Source: Octopus sinensis | Lineage: Eukaryota | Length of the DNA: 64,000 nucleotides | NCBI RefSeq assembly: GCF_006345805.1 | Contig: NC_042997.1 | Location: 124,186,001-124,250,000 of the forward strand | Direction: 5' to 3' | Shown: in pieces, positions 56,491 to 64,000 of the stretch | Layout: the number at the start of each line of letters is the position of its first letter | How positions within the stretch are numbered: position 1 is the stretch's first letter | Made by a program: the position numbers and the translations under genes | The notes under the pieces: generated by a model | The model's input: only the letters and a program-made list of their open reading frames with translations | Told to the model about the DNA's origin: nothing | Database searches by the model: none

Positions 56491-56900
56491 ATCTGGACTC
56501 TCAACACTACACACTATTCAAAATATAGCCCTGATAGGAACAGCCCACATCCTACGCAACACGCTATAAATTCAATAATGCAACCCAAATAAACCAATCT
56601 ACAATCACAAGACAAACTTTATAAAATAAAATAAAATTAAATTAAATTAAAAAACAACAACAAACTGTATTCTACAGGCTGGATACCCAATAGAAGAACA
56701 CAACTCGCATTACACACACAATATACAATACAAACAGTAATACAACGAATGACTGCAACCAAACCCTATAACGAAACAAACTAACGCAATACAATACCGG
56801 GAAGAGTTTGCACTCGCGAAAAACAAAGAAAAATACACGACGATACACACACCCCAGCAACACGGAGATGTAACAAGTTATGCAGTTGTAATTTGCCTGT
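56490..56900 (+). mobile_element. R4/Dong-type LINE C-terminus plus probable 3' UTR
   Basis: ISGLSTLHTIQNIALIGTAHILRNTL*, with the stop at 56567-56569. Confidence 0.65.
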
Positions 56901-56919
56901 AACTATTAAATGTTGCTTA

Positions 56920-57365
56920 ATAATATGTTCTGATGCAATACTAGGCAGTGGTTCTCATGACTTCTCTTAACTGATTGGAGATGTTATCATGTGCTTATTT
57001 TCATTTGTCTAAATTTTAAACTCCAACTGATGGACTGTAGCAAATATTCTGCTCAATACCACAGATTTACGTGTCAGTTGCTTGACCTTAACCAGTTCAG
57101 CATATACTTTAATGGCTGACAATATGTGCATCTCTAATCACGAGCAGAAGTAGTTGAGTATCATTCTTTGGGGGTCCTGAATAATTATTTTCTGGAAACA
57201 TGGGTGTTTCATTCAGCATCCTTTTGCGTGGGATATGCTACTCAACCTGAAAAAATTACTAACTGGACCCCACGTACAAGGTCATACCCTGTTTCTCTTG
57301 ATATGAGGTCATATGGTTGTGATGCATATGCCTGGTGTACCCTTATCAGACAGGTAGTTGTAATG
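56920..57365 (+). mobile_element. Diverged, internally deleted copy of the ~560-bp element
   Basis: AATAATATGTTCTGATGCAATACTAGGCAGTGG...CTTGACCTTAACCAGTT...ATATGGTTGTGATGCAT.TGCCTGGTGTACCCTTATCAGAC is the reverse complement of 52781-53338. Confidence 0.88.
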
Positions 57366-57384
57366 AGTATGTTGAACTTCGTGT

Positions 57385-57707
57385 TTACGTTCCGAGTTCA
57401 AATTCGATTTTAGTTTTCATCCGTTCGGGGTCGATACATTAAGTACGAGGGTCGATGTAATGGACTGACCCCGTACCAGAAAATTTTGATCCTTGTACCT
57501 AAAACAGAAAGGATCTGGCTGAGTCGTTCGCAATCCCGACGAAATGCTTAGTGGTATTTCAGACGTCGCTACGTTCTGAGTTCAAATTCCGCCGTGGTCG
57601 ACTGTGCCATTCATAATATCTGCGTCGATAAATCAAGTACCAGTGAAACACAGAGGTCGATGTAATTGATTGGTCGCATCCTCCAAAATGTCAGGCCGTT
57701 GCCCTTT
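57385..57707 (+). mobile_element. Two head-to-tail SINE family B copies (57385-57512 and 57517-57707)
   Basis: Each has TACGTTC(C/T)GAGTTCAAATTC and the paired GTCGAT motifs. Confidence 0.75.
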
Positions 57708-57708
<1 letters not shown>

Positions 57709-57767
<59 letters not shown>

Positions 57768-57870
57768 TTCTTCTTCTTCTTCTTCTTTTCGTCGTCTTCG
57801 ATGTTGTGGTTATTGTTGATGTTGTTATCAGTAGTAGTAGTAGTAGTAGTAGTTGCTGTTGTTGTTGTTG
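57709..57870. repeat. Compound (ATC)(TTC)...(GTA)(GTT) array
   Basis: Direct reading. Confidence 0.9.
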
Positions 57871-58387
57871 AAGCAGTATATTTCCGGCTCTGGTAAAGAT
57901 ATACCAGCGCAATGTCGGGTTGTTTCAGTCCATTTATTGCTCGTACCCAAGTAGATTGATTGATAGACGGACTGAAAATTATGGAGACGCCTCAGTAAGT
58001 AGTTAATCCGAAAGATTCTTTAGTAATTACCCGATGTCGTATCTACAATTGCTCTCCAATTCACCTACTATCGAATTCTTAAACGCATTTAGTTCGGTTA
58101 TCTTACAAATTGTGAAAACATACGATGGAAATCTATGGTAATTAACTTAGAATTCAATTAACTTGGCGTGATTACCTAAAGTAAGTGTCAAAATTCATTA
58201 AACTGTGTAGACGCTAATAATTAAAGGTTTCAAAACTAATATAACCGTTAAAAGTTATTATGAATATGTGAAACTTTCATTAATGCAGCAATAGTTTTTA
58301 TACAAAATCAGCAGAATTTTCTCTCATTTTATATGAATGTTGTTCGATTAGTCACACACAGACATGCACACGTGTACACACACTCAC

Positions 58388-58457
<70 letters not shown>

Positions 58458-58460
58458 TTA

Positions 58461-58522
<62 letters not shown>
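58388..58522. repeat. (TATC)n(TA)n microsatellite
   Basis: Direct reading. Confidence 0.95.
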
Positions 58523-58524
<2 letters not shown>

Positions 58525-58526
<2 letters not shown>

Positions 58527-58871
58527 TCTTTTTAGACTTTTACTCTTTTACTTGTTTCAGTCATTTGACTGCATCCATGCTGGAGCAATGCCTTTTAGTC
58601 GAGTGAATCGACCCCAGAACTTATTTTTTTGTAAGCCTAGTACTTAATATATCGGTCTCTTTTGCCGAACCGCTACGTACGGGGAGGTAAGCACACCAGC
58701 ACCGTTTGTTAAGCGATGTTAGGTGGACAAATACACGTATATATACATATACATATTTACGACGGGCTTCTTTCAGTTTCCGTCTACCAAATCCACTCGC
58801 AAGGCTTTGGTAGGCCCGAGGCTACAGTAGAGGATACATCGTCCAAGGTACCCCGCAGTGGGACTGAACCC
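58525..58871 (-). mobile_element. SINE family A lacking the first ~50 nt of the head
   Basis: Colinear with the 30268 copy and ends at GTGGGACTGAACCC (B-box). Confidence 0.9.
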
Positions 58872-59057
58872 AAGAAAGAAATTGAGAAGGTATGAGAAAG
58901 AAATATAGTTTCCGCTTATACAGTTCCATTAATGAGCAACAAAACAATAAAATAAAAATATGTGTCTGTCTGTGTAATTTAAATTTGCACAGACCTGAAG
59001 TCTTGGTAGCCCAGGAAATGTTTATATATATATATACACGCTCACAAATGCACCCAA

Positions 59058-59185
59058 TACATACATACATATATATATACATACATACTTACAAACATAC
59101 ACACATACATACACACATACATACATACATTCATACATACATACATACATACATACATACATACATACATACATACATACATACA

Positions 59186-59215
<30 letters not shown>
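59058..59215. repeat. (CATA)n microsatellite
   Basis: Direct reading. Confidence 0.95.
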
Positions 59216-59217
<2 letters not shown>

Positions 59218-60524
59218 CTCTAAGCCCAGTGCAGACATTACAATAAATTTGACACTTCTCTGAGCAATGAATCTCTCCATCGCTACATCTTTTATATTTT
59301 CGCAGTAGTTTTAAATTAATAACCTTAATTGAACATATATGTGTGTGTCTGTGTCTATTTATGGTGAGGTTTTATCGTTATTTCGTTATATAACTTTTAT
59401 AGAATATATACAAATATATATATTGATCATAGTGCTCAGATTATTTGCTGTAAATTGAATACGCAGGATATAGTGGCTAGATATGTTTATTATATTAGAA
59501 AATGAAAATCACATCTGAGTTCCCCTACGCATCTCTGTTTGTAGTTAATTCCTATATTTTGGCTTTTGTTAACCATCTTTATAACTACGATAATACGACT
59601 GTGTACACCTACGCATACATACACGAATATATGCATGTGAAGTTATCAGTCTATTAGTACGATTATTTATATTGATAAATGCAAATTTTCTATACGCGTG
59701 TCGGTATGGCTTATAGACGAATGAGTTACGTAAGGCTCGCACAGACACTTTAACAACAAGAATGCAACACATGACCATGTGCATATGATTGTACTTGTAA
59801 ATGTGAATTTCTGTTCGTCCCTCTGCATAGCTTTCAACGTATGGTACATATTTGGAAACATGGTAACCCAGATATGTGTGTATACTAATGTGGCCTACCG
59901 ACCTGTAGCACAATTTCTGACCACCCTATGATGCTCTTAGTGCTTATGACCTGCAGATTCCACAGTAAGAAATATACAGAGCAAACAAAATAAATGTTAG
60001 TCGAAAAATTATGCTTAAACTATTCAGAATGTAGATGACAATGAGAATAATAAGCATATCAAGAACATATTTGACTATTAGATATGTATCTATATAAATA
60101 CGCTTCGTATTGGATGCTTCATATCAGACAATTCAGTAAAGCACAATTTTGTTGTTGATTACATCATTTCTTTCGAAACTAAATCCATTCCCATAAAAGT
60201 TAATTGGTTTCCTTATACCGAGTCCGAAAATAAATGATTTTATTTTTCATTTTTCATCATCGACCCAATTGAATTTTTCTTTCAAATAGATTTTAAGAAC
60301 ACACTACATTTTGCGAACGGTTAAAATTATGTCTAAATATAGTCGTCGATATGAATAGTGAAACGTGGCAAAGACATGGGAATTGAGATGAGACGATATA
60401 TTAAAAAGCAAAAAACGCCAGAATAGCAAACACCTGAGGAAAATATTCAGTAAAATGTTTGCACATGTGGCGAATAATGTGAATATTCAGGAATATAACA
60501 GCATCCTTTAGTCATGTATATATA

Positions 60525-61215
60525 TATATCTGATATTCCTTGAAGATATTTGTCCAGATTCCCTTTAAAGGTGATGGGATCATTTTCCTCCTTGATCTGT
60601 TTTGGGACAATGTTAAATAGAGCAGGGCTTCTTGAGGAAGAAAACTGTGTTGCAGTGTATTTAAATGGTGTGATACTGAATTAGGTAGAGGACGTATGAC
60701 TCGTGATCCTAACCTCGGATGAATGTTGAAACTAATGTTGAGGTCGTTTGGGTAATGCTGGCGATTTATTCTCCATAAGGTGCAAATAATGAGGAGTGGC
60801 CGTACAAAGGAGAAGAGTCGAATGATGACACCTTGTTCTCTGGACCGGAAGGTTCTTATGATCCAAGAGATCATCCTACGAGCTATATCGACCTTATTGT
60901 TGATATGGGCACTCTAACTGAGATTGTTATCAACAATTACTCCTAGGTCTCTAATATCATTAGATGCTGTGAGAGGATTCCCTAAAGGAAGAGAGTATGG
61001 TTGTTGTAGCATAGTCTTTTTTTCCTAATTGCATCATCTCAAATTTTCCCCACGTTTAGTTGCATTTTGTTTTACTCTGTCCATTGACTCACAGCATATA
61101 GATCAGACTGGAGTTGAGTTCGGTCTTTTTCTTCATTGATGATTTGCTGAAGTTTAGTGTCATCAGCAAATATTGCATTGTTTTACTACGCTGGACAGGT
61201 GGTTTATATAGATTA
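60525..61215 (-). mobile_element. CR1/L2-group LINE reverse transcriptase C-terminal relic
   Basis: Minus strand: IFADDTKL (~61152-61173), GKFEMMQLG, DIRDLGVIVDNNLSWSAHINNKVDIARRMISWIIRTFRSREQGVIIRLF. Confidence 0.9.
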
Positions 61216-61227
61216 TATATTGCAAGA

Positions 61228-61274
<47 letters not shown>

Positions 61275-61986
61275 TCAAATTACGATAAACGTACACAAAC
61301 AAACGAAGTTTGCTTTAGAAGCGTTGAGATGTCTTAGAAAGTTAAAGAGGTGATCTTAAATTCTCAAACGCTGCATAATGCTAATATTGCCTGAACAGGA
61401 TAAGATACCCCTATTTTGCAGAGAAAAGTGTTGCCGGCAGGCTTATATATATATATGCGAGTAAGTGAAGAAACAGAAGAAAAAAGCGCTGAACACATTT
61501 TGCAGAACTAACTTAGATACATATCGGCTCACTGCTAGGTTTCTAAGACGAGCCTACGAAACTTAGTTGCATGGGGTAGATTCGAATTGTGATTGTATAT
61601 ACATTCATGCATACATACACACATACATGCATACATACATATAATATTATATGATATAATATAATTGAATGATATCTATATACTCCTCTCCGCCGAAAAT
61701 AAGTATCCACTAACGTAACAGCTTGTGATCCAAGGGTCCACCATTATTCAACATTCTGCTAATCAGTCTCGGAGATATGAGAATAAGCTGAGCAGAAATC
61801 GTTTATCTCAGATACCACGTGAATCCACATTGAAGTTGGCGGCACAAACAGGAGCAGTCCCTTCCAACTCACTACCTCACCAGAAACGTTAGAGAAGAGG
61901 AACCCAAGCGCACTGAGAGACGTTGAACACCCCCACCCAAAAAAATAAAGCAATAGATACATATGTATATATAGATGTATATATAC

Positions 61987-62026
<40 letters not shown>

Positions 62027-62027
62027 G

Positions 62028-62347
62028 GCGGGCCCCTTCGGTCATGAATGATGATGGGATTGCACCTACAAAGTTATCCTCCGAGGCAGAGGTGTGGTCA
62101 AGGTTGTTTATAAAAGAGCAGCAGTCGCCCATCATACATACCACCTTCCCCTCTACATGCCACCAATGTTTTCCAAGCAAAGGAAAAGGGGCCAATACAG
62201 TTTGGCACCAGTGACATTACAACTCATTTCTACAGCTGAGTGAACTGGACCAACATGAAATAAAGTGTCTTGCTCAAGAACAAAACACGTGGCCCGGTCC
62301 GAGAATCGAACACACGAGCTCACGATCGTAAGCTCGACGGTCTAACC
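62028..62347 (-). mobile_element. tRNA-derived SINE family C
   Basis: Minus-strand head GGTTAGACCGTCGAGCTTACGATCGTGAGCTCGTGTGTTCGATTCTCGG. Homologous to 32472-32765. Confidence 0.87.
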
Positions 62348-62358
62348 TGTGCACACAC

Positions 62359-62409
<51 letters not shown>

Positions 62410-62416
62410 ATATATA

Positions 62417-62471
<55 letters not shown>

Positions 62472-62517
62472 CATACATATATACATATATACATACATAC
62501 ATATATATATATACATA

Positions 62518-62573
<56 letters not shown>

Positions 62574-63463
62574 TGTGTTTATATTTAAGTATATGTAGTG
62601 CTACCAAGACGTCATATTTAACAAACGTACTAAAAGCACTTTGTTTTCGTTACAGTATATTATTTTTATTTACTATTTACGTTACTATCGTATCCATTGT
62701 ATATTTATTAAATAAAGTTGGTTCCTTTTTCGACCACTCTTTATTTAATAATAGCATTTAACTGGCTAGTGTTTATGTTCGTTATTCAAGTTTTATGTTC
62801 TTATTCTCAGAATATGAGGTTTTTGAAAAATACATGGCGACGTACATTATTATAATCCGTTTTAACTAGACTAAAGTGACTCGGACGTCATCGGAAAATA
62901 ATAGAGATTTCAATGGAATATTTTTAATGCTGACTACATTAGGTTTGAATGCAGATACTATTTCTCTGCGTGTGTCAGTGCACGCGAAGTCGTATATGTG
63001 TTTGTTTGTTCGACTGTGCATATATGTGTGTGTGTGTGTGTGTATGTGTGTGTGTGTGTGTGCGTGCGTGAGTGTACAGTTGTGTGTTTGATGTATATGA
63101 ATTTGTGTGTGCTTGTATATGAATTTGTTTTCTTGTGTGTAATGCGTACATATACATGTGCACTATCAATTATATAAACATACATATTCTTAAATATTTC
63201 AGTTTTCTTGAGTGACATTAAATTAATAGATGTCAACGCAATACATACATTTATACATACACTCACACACACATATATACATTCATACATACCATACATA
63301 TATATGTGCGTGTGTTTTTGTGAGGGGTGTTCTACTGCTGCATTGGCTATGCAGTAAGATGGTAAGATCAACAAAAAAAGAACTCTGTCTGGTGAGAGTA
63401 TTTTATTTTTGTTGAGCTACTATTAGTTTCACACGATGAAAGCATGCCAGTGAGCATGTCTGG

Positions 63464-63464
<1 letters not shown>

Positions 63465-63557
<93 letters not shown>

Positions 63558-63560
63558 TAC

Positions 63561-63591
<31 letters not shown>

Positions 63592-63610
63592 TGTATGTAT
63601 GTATATATAC
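63465..63610. repeat. (TA)n/(TATG)n array
   Basis: Direct reading. Confidence 0.9.
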
Positions 63611-63865
63611 ACATAGTTTGTGTGTGTATGTATATAAGTCTTCTGGTGAGTGAATGTGTATCTATATGTATGTTTATATTATGAGAGACAGAGAGAGACT
63701 AGCAGAAAGAGTGTTTATGTAAGTTTACTAAGTTTATGCATCATTCGAGTTACTGAACTTTCATCATATGAGGTCGAAACCAAATTTCTACCGTCAGGCT
63801 CAAAGTGACTAGGTAACAAAATTTGTTCTTTGCTATCGCTTAACCCAATGACTTATATATATATT

Positions 63866-63918
<53 letters not shown>

Positions 63919-64000
63919 TGTGTGTGTGTGTAAATATGTATATATGTATGTATATATGCACTTACATATACAGGTATACTGATGACCTTCACTCTATTTA

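Overview
This is eukaryotic, very AT-rich, microsatellite-saturated DNA. Its SINE families resemble those I recall from octopod (Octopus-type) cephalopod genomes; the taxon is an inference, as no search was run. I can support no intact protein-coding gene, rRNA, real tRNA gene or CRISPR array, and most listed ORFs are translations of simple repeats. The window is mainly a layered graveyard of mobile elements. These include three tRNA-derived SINE families and a stack of decayed R4/Dong-type (RLE) retrotransposons that repeatedly abut (TAA)n arrays, plus a ~560-bp non-coding element sitting in the same arrays. There are also RTE and CR1/L2-group LINE ends, Penelope-like ends (one with a minimal hammerhead motif), an internally deleted mariner with its ~245-bp MITE, a complete ~400-bp non-autonomous Helitron, a Chapaev3-like transposase relic and a 150-bp palindromic element. 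Several short + strand stretches resemble decayed fibronectin type III exons. Only 43861-44245 is reasonably persuasive. Element ends are approximate unless terminal motifs are quoted.
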